From: Candidatus Krumholzibacteriota bacterium
GTDB lineage: Bacteria; Krumholzibacteriota; Krumholzibacteriia; JAJRXK01
Assembly: GCA_963727455.1 (NCBI GenBank)
Contig: CAVSGG010000012.1
Span: 32,001-96,000, forward strand
DNA: 64,000 bases
Direction of reading: 5' to 3'
The translations under genes and the position numbers were made by a program. A model generated the notes under the pieces. That model was given only the letters and a program-made list of their open reading frames with translations. It ran no database searches and had not been told where the DNA came from. This document shows, piece by piece, positions 1-8,702 of the stretch; within the stretch, counting starts at the first letter, position 1; each line of letters starts with the position of its first letter.

Positions 1-1091
1 CCTTCCTGCTGGACAACATTGACCGTGGCGCGGCCAACCCCTGGGGCGCGGCCTGGAGCGAGGATGGCCGGACGCTCGTGGTGGCGCTCGCCGGGACACA
101 CGAGCTCAGCGTGACGGATTTTCCGGCGTTGCTGGCCAAGCTGGCCAAGCTGTCACCCGAGCCCACGGCGCCGATCAGCCCAGCGCTGCCCTACAGCAGC
201 TCCGGCACGCGTGCGCCGTCGGACGTGCCGAATGATCTGTCGTTCCTGGTGGGCGTGCGCGAGCGGCGGCAGTTGCCGGAAGGCGATCTGGGACCGCGCG
301 CGGTCGTAGTCGTGGGCCGGCGAGCCTACGTGGCGAACTATTTCTCGGACACGCTGACCGTGCTCGAGCTCGACGGCGCGTATCCGAAAGTGGAGTCCAT
401 CCCGCTTGGGCCGAAGCGGCAGATGACCGCCGCGCGCCGAAGCGAACTCTACTTCAATGACGCGCGGATCTGCTTCCAAGGCTGGCAAAGCTGCGCAAGC
501 TGCCATCCCGGGGAGGGGCGGGTGGATGGCCTGAACTGGGACTTGCTCAACGACGGCATCGGCAATCCCAAGAACGTCAAGAGCCTGCTGCTGGCATTCA
601 AGACGCCGCCCGCCATGAGCATCGGCGTGCGCGAAAGCGCCGAGGCGGCCGTGCGCGCGGGCATCCGGCACATTCTCTTCACCGTGCAACCGTCGGAGGT
701 GGGTGATTCGCTGGATGCCTACCTCAAGTCCCTTAAACCAGTGCCCAGCCCGCATCTGGAGAAGGGCAGGCTCTCGGCGGCAGCCAGGCGTGGGAAGAAA
801 GTCTTCGGCAGCAAGGAGGCTGGGTGTGCACAATGCCATCCCGGGCCACTGTTTACTGACTTGAAGAGCTACGACGTCGGGACGGTAGGAAGGTTCGACA
901 AGCCGTCGGACACGTTCGACACGCCAACGCTGATCGAGGTGTGGCGCACAGCACCGTATTTGCATGATGGTTCGGCAGCCACCATGCGGGACGTGCTGAC
1001 CACCGCCAATCCAAGCGACCAGCATGGCAAGACGTCCCAGTTGACGGCGGATGAGATCAACGACCTGATCGAGTATGTGCTGTCGTTGTGA
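1..1091 (+). CDS. YVTN-type beta-propeller + di-haem cytochrome c (CcP/MauG-like) protein, 5'-partial
   Basis: Frame is open from the window edge (FLLDNIDRGAANPWG...). Propeller-like strands (GPRAVVV..AYVANYFSDTL), two CxxCH motifs (CASCH, CAQCH) and a CcP-type tail (FDTPTL..VWRTAPYLHDGS). Confidence 0.85.
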   Translation, partial: FLLDNIDRGAANPWGAAWSEDGRTLVVALAGTHELSVTDFPALLAKLAKLSPEPTAPISPALPYSSSGTRAPSDVPNDLSFLVGVRERRQLPEGDLGPRAVVVVGRRAYVANYFSDTLTVLELDGAYPKVESIPLGPKRQMTAARRSELYFNDARICFQGWQSCASCHPGEGRVDGLNWDLLNDGIGNPKNVKSLLLAFKTPPAMSIGVRESAEAAVRAGIRHILFTVQPSEVGDSLDAYLKSLKPVPSPHLEKGRLSAAARRGKKVFGSKEAGCAQCHPGPLFTDLKSYDVGTVGRFDKPSDTFDTPTLIEVWRTAPYLHDGSAATMRDVLTTANPSDQHGKTSQLTADEINDLIEYVLSL

Positions 1092-1140
1092 TGGGATGCT
1101 GGTTGACCAGCAGAGAAACCAACACGGTGAGATTTGACCT

Positions 1141-2149
1141 ATGAAACAAAGACCGCTTGGCAATTCGGGCCTCTCAGCTTCCATCGTCGGTCTCGGCGCG
1201 TGGGTGCTGGGCGGCGGACAACTCTGGGGGCAAGACACCGACGACGCGGAGTCGGTGCGCACTATCCAGGCGGCGCTGGACCTGGGGATGAACCTCATTG
1301 ACACCGCGCCCGCTTACGGCTGGGGCCGCAGCGAGCGCGTGGTGGGCAAGGCCACTCAAGGGCCGGCGGGACAAGGCCATCCTCGCCACCAAGTGCGGCC
1401 TGTGGTGGGCGGACGCGCGCGGCAGCTTCTTCGCCGATTTCGACGGCAAGAAGATGAACCGCAGCCTCCGGCCCGACACGATCCAGATCGAGATCGAGGA
1501 CAGCCTGCGCCGGCTCGAGGTGGATTGCATTGACCTTTACCAGACGCATTGGCCGTCCATGCCGCCGGATCACACGCCGATCGCTGACACGATGGCGGTG
1601 CTGCTCAAGCTCAAGCAGCAGGGCAAAATCCGCGCCATCGGTGTAAGCAACGTGTCGCTGGACGAGTTGAAGGAGAACATGCGCTGTGGCGGCATCGTGA
1701 GCGACCAATTCCGCTACTCGATGCTGCATCGCGAGGCGGAGAAGGACATCCTGCCGTATTGCGCCGAGCACAGCATCGCCACGCTGACCTACATGTCGCT
1801 GGAGCAGGGTTTGCTGACGGGCAAGATCGGCATGGACCGCGTGTTCCAGCCGACCGAGTTCCGCAGCAACACCTACTGGAACGACTGGCTGATCCCGGCG
1901 AACCGCAAGCCGGGTGCTGGACCTGCTCGCGTAGTGGAAAGCGCTCACGGACAAATACGCCTGCACGCTGTCGCAACTGGTCATCGCCTGGACCGCTGCC
2001 CAGCATGGCGTCACTCACGTCCTGGCCGGCGGACGCAACTGGCGCAAGTGACGGAAAACGCAAAGGCGGGCGAACTGACCATGGAGGCCACAGACCTCGC
2101 GCGCATCCGCCAGGATGTGCTGGCGCTTGGGGAACCGGCAAAGGCGTAA
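1141..2149 (+). CDS. Aldo/keto reductase (split by indels)
   Basis: LGNSGL..S.VGLGAW, IDTAPAYGWGRSE, ILATKCG, SLRRL..D.IDLYQTHWP, GKIRAIGVSN motifs. Frame switches near 1355, 1910 and 2040, plus an in-frame TAG at 1932. Confidence 0.85.
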
Positions 2150-2162
2150 GGGGCCAAGTGTC

Positions 2163-3411
2163 GTGAACAGACTGTTGACCATTCTCTGCTTATGCGGCCT
2201 TAGCTTCGCTGCAGCGGGAGCGTTTGACCCGGTATCGTGGCAGAAGCGCATTGAGGTGGATTGGGTTTTAGCGGAAGAAGTGGCGTTGGTGGGCTCGGTG
2301 TCCGAGCCGGTCACCACGAAAGCTGACGCTGCGGGGGGCTGCGACGGCATCAAAAATGGCGAATGGGGCTTTCACACCGACCACTGCCAGGAGCCGTGGT
2401 GGCAGGTGGACCTGGGCGAGACGCAGACGATCGGGCGCGTTGTGATCTGGAATCGTCGCGACGGCAGCCGAGCGGGCAGCGCGGATCAGGGTCTTGCTCT
2501 CCGACGACGGCAAGGAGTTCCGGCAGGTCTACCAGCACGACGGGACTGTGTTTCACGGATTCGAGGACAAGAAGCCGCTGGTGGTTGCGCTGAAGAACGC
2601 GCGGGCACGTTACGTGCGGTTGGCCTTGCCCGGGAAGAGCTACCTCCATCTCGACGAGGTCGAAGTCTATCGGCAAAACCGAGCCGAAGAAGAATCTGGC
2701 GCTGAACTGCCCGGCGGACCAGGCGAGCGTCTCGCAATGGTCGGTGGGCCACAACGCGCGTCCTCCGCAGGTGGATTGGGCGCGCGCGCCAAGCAAACGC
2801 TGGCGGTGTGCGAACGGCTGGCCGGTGAAGTGGCGCAGGTTTCGGCGCTTACGAACGCTGTGGCCATTGCCCGGTCTCAAACAGCAACTCGCCCGCCTGG
2901 GCTCAGGCGAGTCCGCGAAACCGCTGCTTTCTCGAGGCCCGCTGGCTGCGAGCGTCGGTTGGCGTTGCGCAATCCGCTGCTCGGCGAGTTCGACACCCTG
3001 CTCTTCACGAAGCGCGTTCCCGGCAGCTTCAATCACATGTCCGACCAGTATTACGGCTGGTGGTCTAAGCCGGGCGGTGGGATATACCTGCTGCGCGGCT
3101 TCACGACGGACCACCGACCGAGCAGTGCCTGACGACCGCGTTCAAGGAGCCGGGCAGCTTCCTGCGCCCGACGCTTTCCTACGACGGCAAGCGAGTCCTG
3201 TTTGCCTGGTGCCGCTACTACGAGCACCTGGCCGCGGAAACCAACAAGCTCGACAAGGCGAACGTGCCCGAGGACGCCTTTTACCACCTGTTCGAGATGA
3301 ACCTTGACGGTTCGGGCCTGAAGCAGCTCACGCACGGCAAGTATGACGATTGCGACGGGCGCTACCTGCCGGACGGGCGGATCGTGTTCCTGTCCACGCG
3401 ACGCGGGCAAT
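2163..3411 (+). CDS. Exported F5/8-type C (discoidin) + TolB-like/HZS-alpha-like protein, frameshifted and 3'-truncated
   Basis: GTG start after AAGGGG, signal peptide, discoidin motifs (PWWQVDLG..IGRVVIWNR, ARYVRL..LHLDEVEV), then SYDGKRVLF, YHLFEMNLDGSGLKQLT and YLPDGRIVFLSTRRG. Pieces lie across three frames and family-like sequence stops at ~3411. Confidence 0.7.
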
Positions 3412-3682
3412 CCTTGCCGCCATCGGCACTGGTCCACTCCACACTGCCCTGCGAAGTGGAAGCGCTGTAGATGCCGCCCCCGGCCGAGACTCCGCCGAAG
3501 ACGGTGACGCCGAAAGGAAGCTTGTCCGCGTTTGCGCGCTCCGGCAGGACCAAGACAGCCACCATGACCAGGCTCACAAGGGTCGTCGGACCCATCAGAG
3601 CCGTCAGAGAAATCATCGCGCGTCCTCTCCCCCGTCTTCTGCAGGCAAGAGCTTCGCTAGGTGTCGTTGCATTCCAATTCAC
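3362..3682 (-). CDS. Exported protein (possible outer-membrane beta-barrel N-terminus), apparently truncated at ~3411
   Basis: GGAGGT RBS before the GTG, hydrophobic stretch and ANA|D signal-peptidase-like site, then strand-like FGVTVFGGVSAGG. The tail runs antisense into the preceding gene. Confidence 0.5.
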   Translation of the reverse strand: MNWNATTPSEALACRRRGRGRAMISLTALMGPTTLVSLVMVAVLVLPERANADKLPFGVTVFGGVSAGGGIYSASTSQGSVEWTSADGGKDCPRRVDRNTIRPSGR

Positions 3683-3717
3683 GAACCACCTCCACGGCTC
3701 ACGAAAAGAGCCTTCGA

Positions 3718-4479
3718 TCAGGACTCAGCCGAGCTTCTCTTCCGGAACGCCTCGAGCAGATCGATAGGCAGAGGGAACAGAGTCGTGCTGTTGTTCTCCG
3801 CCGCCACTTCGGTGAGCGCCTGCAGATAGCGCAGCTGCAAAGCCACCGGATGCGGCTCGATCTTGACTGCCGCCTCGGCCAGGCGCTGGCTGGCTTCGTA
3901 CTCCCCCTGGGCGTGGATGACCTTGGCCCGCCGCTCGCGTTCCGCTTCGGCCTGCTTGGCCATCGCGCGCTTCATCTCCACCGGCAGGTCGACGTCCTTC
4001 ACCTCCACCATGCTGACCTTGATGCCCCAGGGATCGGTCGCCTCGTCCAGGATGGTCTGGATCATCGCATTGAGTTTGTCGCGCTCGGAGAGCAGATGGT
4101 CGAGCTCATACTGGCCCACCACCGAGCGCACTGTGGTCTGGGCGAGTTGGCTGGTGGCGAAGAGATAGTCCTCCACCTCGATCACGGCCTGAAAGGGTTC
4201 GATGATCCGGAAGTAGAGAACCGCGTTCACTTTCACCGAGACGTTGTCCAGGGTGATGACATCCTGGGGCGGCACGTCCATGGCCACCGTGCGCAAGCTC
4301 GTCTTGACCATGCGCTCGATGAACGGAACGAGAATGATGAGTCCGGGTCCACGCGTGCCTGTGTAACGTCCCAGGCGAAACACCACGGCCCGCTCGTACT
4401 CGCGCAACACGCGAATCGAGTTACCCAGCACGAAAAGTGCGAGAAGGACGAAAATCCCACCGGAATAGGCGAACGGCAT
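3718..4479 (-). CDS. SPFH/stomatin (slipin) family protein
   Basis: [64 protein letters not shown] before ATG 4479. Confidence 0.95.
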   Translation of the reverse strand: MPFAYSGGIFVLLALFVLGNSIRVLREYERAVVFRLGRYTGTRGPGLIILVPFIERMVKTSLRTVAMDVPPQDVITLDNVSVKVNAVLYFRIIEPFQAVIEVEDYLFATSQLAQTTVRSVVGQYELDHLLSERDKLNAMIQTILDEATDPWGIKVSMVEVKDVDLPVEMKRAMAKQAEAERERRAKVIHAQGEYEASQRLAEAAVKIEPHPVALQLRYLQALTEVAAENNSTTLFPLPIDLLEAFRKRSSAES

Positions 4480-4590
4480 GTCATTCCTCCTGGAAAGCCG
4501 CATCCCCTTCAGAATGCGGAACTGTGGTCCAGCCGCGCAAGGGTCCTCCCCACACGGTCCGGATTCCAACTTGGGCGCTCTTTGGCGGAC

Positions 4591-5949
4591 TCAGGCCCTC
4601 AAGGCGGGCTTGACGCGCGCCACACGGCCTTCGATTCCCACCACCTCGACCTGGTCCTGCTCGGGTACGGCGACCTCGGAGACCGCGTCCCAAATTTCTC
4701 CGTGAAACACCACTTTTCCCGGCGTGCTACCGCCGGGGATCGGCTCGACCACTCTCCCCTTCGCCCCGACGAGCGCCTCTCTACTCTGGACGGCCGGACG
4801 ACGATGGCTGCGCACCACCAGAGCCACACAGAGCATGAAGAAACCAGCGAAGACGACAAGCGCGGGAATCATCACTTTGAGACTCACGCGAGCCCATGAC
4901 TGCTGCGAGTCGAAGAGCATCAAGGATCCCAGCACCATGGAAGCAAGACCTCCGATGGTCAACGCGCCGTAGCTCGTGACCTTCACTTCCAATATGAGCA
5001 GAACCATGCCCAAGAGTAGTAGCGCAATCCCCGCGTAGTTGATGGGCAGGTTCTGGAAGGCGAAGAGCGCCAGCAACAGACAGATGCCACCGAGAATTCC
5101 CGGCGCGAGACTCCCTGGGTTGCTCAGCTCGAAGAAGAGCCCGTAGATCCCCAGGAGCATGAGAATGTAGGCCACGCTCGGATCGACCAACGCTTTCAGA
5201 AAGCGCTGACGGCCGCTCATGGGCAGCTCCCTTAGCTCCGCGCCCTTGGTATGCAGAGTGGTTTCCACTCCCTGAATCGTCACCACTTTGCCGTCTATGC
5301 TCTCCAAAAGTTCTTCCAGCGAACTCGCCATGATGTCGACCACGTTCTCCTGCAGGGCCTCCTTGGCCGGCAGGTTGTCCGCCGTCTCCACGAAGCGCTT
5401 CGCCAACTCCTGGTTGCGCCCCCTCTGCGCAGCGATGGAGACCAGATAGGCCACCGCATCGTGAGTGACCTTCTTGGTCATCGTACTGTCCATACCTCCG
5501 CCACCCAGATTCACCGGGCTGGCCGAGCCGATGTTCGTGCCGGGAGCCATTGCAGCAATGTTTGCCGCCATGGTGATGAACACGCCCGCGCTGGCGGCGC
5601 GACTGCCCGAGGGCGCAACGTAGACCACGACGGGAATCTTGGCCGCGAGTTCGGCCTTCACGATCTGGCGCATCGAGGTGTCGAGTCCGCCCGGAGTGTC
5701 CAGCTGGATGATGACGGCCTCGGCTCCCTTGAGCTCTGCGCGGTGGATTCCTTCGACCAGATACTCCGAGGCGATGGGAGTGATGGCGCCGTCGTAGGGC
5801 AAGAGATCGACCGTGGGCGTGGCGGAATCCGCGCGAGCTCCGGCAAGCCCAAGACACAGACAGAAAACAGCGAGAAGCGCGAGACCGTTCGAGCCGCGCC
5901 TTGCCGAGGACCAAAGATTTCCGCGAAAACGAGGAGTCATGCCGCGCAC
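4591..5949 (-). CDS. nfeD: NfeD family membrane-bound ClpP-class serine protease
   Basis: LDTPGG, RAASAG, AMAPGTNIGSA protease domain, TM block, C-terminal OB domain (GKV.FHGEIW.A). Canonical position next to stomatin. Confidence 0.93.
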   Translation of the reverse strand: MRGMTPRFRGNLWSSARRGSNGLALLAVFCLCLGLAGARADSATPTVDLLPYDGAITPIASEYLVEGIHRAELKGAEAVIIQLDTPGGLDTSMRQIVKAELAAKIPVVVYVAPSGSRAASAGVFITMAANIAAMAPGTNIGSASPVNLGGGGMDSTMTKKVTHDAVAYLVSIAAQRGRNQELAKRFVETADNLPAKEALQENVVDIMASSLEELLESIDGKVVTIQGVETTLHTKGAELRELPMSGRQRFLKALVDPSVAYILMLLGIYGLFFELSNPGSLAPGILGGICLLLALFAFQNLPINYAGIALLLLGMVLLILEVKVTSYGALTIGGLASMVLGSLMLFDSQQSWARVSLKVMIPALVVFAGFFMLCVALVVRSHRRPAVQSREALVGAKGRVVEPIPGGSTPGKVVFHGEIWDAVSEVAVPEQDQVEVVGIEGRVARVKPALRA

Positions 5950-6004
5950 TCCTTTCAGATGGACGCTCGTCCATCGCTGCTTCGGACTTCGCGGCCTTTT
6001 CAGT

Positions 6005-6925
6005 TCAAGAGAAAGCCGAAGCGTAGAGTTGCCCCTCTCCCACCACCACGGCCGGGCCGCCCACCCGGACCGACTCGATCAGTCCCCTGCGGGTCTCCAC
6101 TTCCACCAGCACGTGTCCCGGACGGTGGATCTCGATGCCCTGCTCGGTGAGGATTCTCGTGGTGGGTGTGACGTGAACCGCCCGGTGTTTCACCAGGTAG
6201 GCCCCCAGACTTCCGCTGGCGCTGCCGCTGGCGGGGTCCTCGGGGATCCCGAAAGAAGGCGCGAACATCCGGCAGTGTACTGTCGAGTCTTCGCTCTCCG
6301 TCTCGAAAGTGAAGACGAAGAGGTCGCTGAAGCCAAGCCCCTTCTGGATCTCGGCCAGCTTCTCGGGATGCAGGCTGATGCGGCGCACGGCATCCAAACT
6401 TCCCACGGGCACGATGTGGACCGGCAGCCCGGTGCTCACGACCTCGCAAGGAAGGCCAGTGATCGCCAGGTCCGCCGCACGCAGGCCCAGCGCCTCGGCC
6501 ACGCATTCCGGTCGGTGGAACTCCCCCAGAAATACCGGCCGCTGCTGGGTCATCACCGCGCTGCGCAATACGCCCCCTCGCTCCTCACGCATCAGCCGGA
6601 CCGGAACCGGCCCGGACTCGATGTCGAGCAGCACTTCGTCGCGTCCCCTCTCGAGCAGACCCTCGGCCTCGAGCGCGAAAACGGCCCCCACGATGGGATG
6701 TCCCGCGAAGGGGATCTCCGCCTCGGGAGTGAAGATGCGCAGACTGTGATTGGAGCCGGCATGCTCGGGAGGCAGCACAAAGGTGGTCTCGGGGAAGTTC
6801 AATTCCCGGGCAATCTTCTGCATCTGCCCCGCGGGGATGCCCTCGGCCTCGGGAAAGACGGCGAGTTGGTTTCCGCCGAAGGGCTTCTCGGTGAACACGT
6901 CCACCAAGATGTATCGCATGGCCAT
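6005..6925 (-). CDS. PhzF family isomerase/epimerase
   Basis: VDVFT..FGGNQLAV, MQKIARELN.PETTF, RIFTP..EIPFAGHP, EDPASGSA, EQG.EI.RP. Confidence 0.93.
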   Translation of the reverse strand: MAMRYILVDVFTEKPFGGNQLAVFPEAEGIPAGQMQKIARELNFPETTFVLPPEHAGSNHSLRIFTPEAEIPFAGHPIVGAVFALEAEGLLERGRDEVLLDIESGPVPVRLMREERGGVLRSAVMTQQRPVFLGEFHRPECVAEALGLRAADLAITGLPCEVVSTGLPVHIVPVGSLDAVRRISLHPEKLAEIQKGLGFSDLFVFTFETESEDSTVHCRMFAPSFGIPEDPASGSASGSLGAYLVKHRAVHVTPTTRILTEQGIEIHRPGHVLVEVETRRGLIESVRVGGPAVVVGEGQLYASAFS

Positions 6926-6963
6926 GAGCGGCTCCCTGACAAGAGCAAAGCGGGGACGGGATT

Positions 6964-6992
6964 ACCATACCCATGCCCCGCCTTTGCGTCCA
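6964..6992 (-). promoter_or_regulatory. Candidate sigma70 promoter for phzF-nfeD-stomatin
   Basis: Minus strand TGGACG-N17-TATGGT about 40 nt upstream of the start. Confidence 0.35.
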
Positions 6993-7042
6993 GTCCCCTC
7001 CGCCGTTCGCTCGCCAGGCGTCGATAGCTGCGGATTAGGCCG

Positions 7043-8365
7043 CTAGAAAGTGGCTAGGTAGCGCTCGTGCTCCCAGCCGTGCACGTGGCTGATGAAGTCG
7101 TGCCACTCGTCTTCCTTGGCGCTCAGATACTGCTCGAAGATGTGCTCGCCGAGGGCTTCGCGGACCACCTTGTCCTTCCGCAAAAAGCCCAACGCCTCGT
7201 GCAGATCGGCCGGCAGCTGATCGATTTTGAGGCGCCGTTTCTCCCTTTGGCTCATGGTGAAGATGTTGCGGTTCACCGGCTCCCCCGGATCGGTCTTGTT
7301 GGCGAGTCCGTCCATGCCCGAGGCCAGCATCACTGCGAAGGCCAGGTAGGGATTGCAGCTGGGATCGGGCATGCGTAGCTCCACTCGGGTCCCGATGCCG
7401 CGCCGGGCGGGCACGCGGCACAGCGGCGAGCGGTTGCGCTCCGACCATGCCACGTTCACCGGGGCTTCGTATCCGGGCACCAGACGCTTATAAGAATTCA
7501 CCAGCGGATTGGTGATGGAACAGATGGCACGCGCGTGCCGCAGCACCCCCCCGATGTAGTTGAGGGCCGTGTCACTCAGTTGATACTCCTTGCGGGCGCC
7601 GAAGAACGAGTTCTTGCCACCCTTGAAGAGACTCTGATGCACGTGCATCCCGTTCCCGTTGTGTCCGTAGATGGGCTTGGGCATGAAGGTGGCGTGAAGA
7701 TCGTGGTCGTTCGCGACCTTCTTCACCACGAGACGGAAGAGCATGGCGCGGTCGGCCGTGCTCACCGCATCCGCGTACTTGAAATCAATCTCGTGTTGTC
7801 CCGGGGCCACCTCGTGGTGCGCGGCCTCCACCTCGATTCCCATGCTCTCCAGGGCGTTGACGATGTCCCGGCGGGCGCCCTCACCGCGGTCCACCGGCGC
7901 CAGATCGAAATAGCCGCCACTGTCGTGAGTGGTGATGGTGGGCTTGCCGCCGGCATTGCGCTCGAAGAGGAAGAACTCGAGCTCGGGTCCGCACATCATC
8001 TCGTAGCCCTGCTTCTGCGCCAGGCCGACGTTGCGCTTCAGGGCCAGCCGCGGACAGCCCACGAAGGGAGTCTCGTCCGGATTGTGGACGTCGCAGATCA
8101 TGCCCGCGCGCTTGCCGCGCTCGTCGCTCCAGGGAAAGAGCACGAAGGAATCGAAATCGGGCTTGAGCAGCATGTCGCTCTCCTCGATCCGGCTGAATCC
8201 CTGGATCGAGGAACCGTCGAAGCAGATCTCGCCGTCGACCGCCTTGTCGAACTGGCTGCGCGGGACCTCGACGTTCTTGATGGAACCCATGATGTCCGTG
8301 AAGATGAGACGCATGAATCGGACATCGTGTTTCTTGAGTAGGGCGTGGATTTCTCGCTTCGTCAT
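7043..8365 (-). CDS. glnA: Glutamine synthetase type I (GSI-alpha size)
   Basis: FDGSSI.GF..IEESDM, GPELEFF, HHEVAPGQHEI, ATFMPKP, NGNGMHVH, NSYKRLVPGYEAP, RVELR.PDP.CNPYL. Confidence 0.95.
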   Translation of the reverse strand: MTKREIHALLKKHDVRFMRLIFTDIMGSIKNVEVPRSQFDKAVDGEICFDGSSIQGFSRIEESDMLLKPDFDSFVLFPWSDERGKRAGMICDVHNPDETPFVGCPRLALKRNVGLAQKQGYEMMCGPELEFFLFERNAGGKPTITTHDSGGYFDLAPVDRGEGARRDIVNALESMGIEVEAAHHEVAPGQHEIDFKYADAVSTADRAMLFRLVVKKVANDHDLHATFMPKPIYGHNGNGMHVHQSLFKGGKNSFFGARKEYQLSDTALNYIGGVLRHARAICSITNPLVNSYKRLVPGYEAPVNVAWSERNRSPLCRVPARRGIGTRVELRMPDPSCNPYLAFAVMLASGMDGLANKTDPGEPVNRNIFTMSQREKRRLKIDQLPADLHEALGFLRKDKVVREALGEHIFEQYLSAKEDEWHDFISHVHGWEHERYLATF

Positions 8366-8450
8366 GCCGGACTCCTAGGGAGTGGGGAAGGTGGGTTCAG
8401 TCTCGAACCGGGCCGGGAGTCACGCTTCCTCCGCGGCTCACCGTTCCAAG

Positions 8451-8495
8451 AGTGTAGCAACAGTTATGCAGAATCTGCAATCTATGAGTTACACT
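8451..8495. promoter_or_regulatory. Overlapping divergent promoter candidates / concentric dyad between glnA and phoH
   Basis: Minus strand TTGCAG-N18-TACACT with extended TGn; plus strand ATGCAG-N18-TACACT; central palindrome TGCAGA-A-TCTGCA at 8467-8479; AT-rich island. Confidence 0.55.
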
Positions 8496-8505
8496 TTATG
8501 AAAAT

Positions 8506-8545
8506 AATTCCAAGTTTTTCCAAAGTGATCCAAATATATCCACTC
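8506..8545. repeat. Four 10-bp-phased direct repeats (core WTCCA)
   Basis: aattccaagt|ttttccaaag|tgatccaaat|atatccactc, with TCCA at 8509, 8519, 8529 and 8539. Confidence 0.7.
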
Positions 8546-8702
8546 CTGCGCATTTTTTTATCGACGCTGTGCCGCCCGCTACCCTGCCCGAGAGTGCCCC
8601 GCCGGGGCGCGCACATTCCCCTTGTGCCCCATCCCTCCTCGACTTAGCTTCAGCTCATGCCGCTCGGGCACACAGCCCCACTACCGAGCTCCAAGAGACA
8701 CC

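Noticed and set aside
1932-1934. In-frame TAG in the aldo/keto reductase as pyrrolysine or recoding
   Set aside because: It is in an error-dense segment at a non-catalytic position, TAG is used as a normal stop elsewhere, and no pyl genes are seen.
6005-6925. Phenazine biosynthesis (phzF plus a chorismate enzyme)
   Set aside because: Stand-alone PhzF homologues are common, no other phz genes are present, and the chorismate enzyme is 35 kb away and PabB-like.
8455-8472. Sigma54 promoter for glnA
   Set aside because: The minus strand reads CTGCATAACTGTTGC, lacking the invariant GG at -24; the sigma70 reading fits better.
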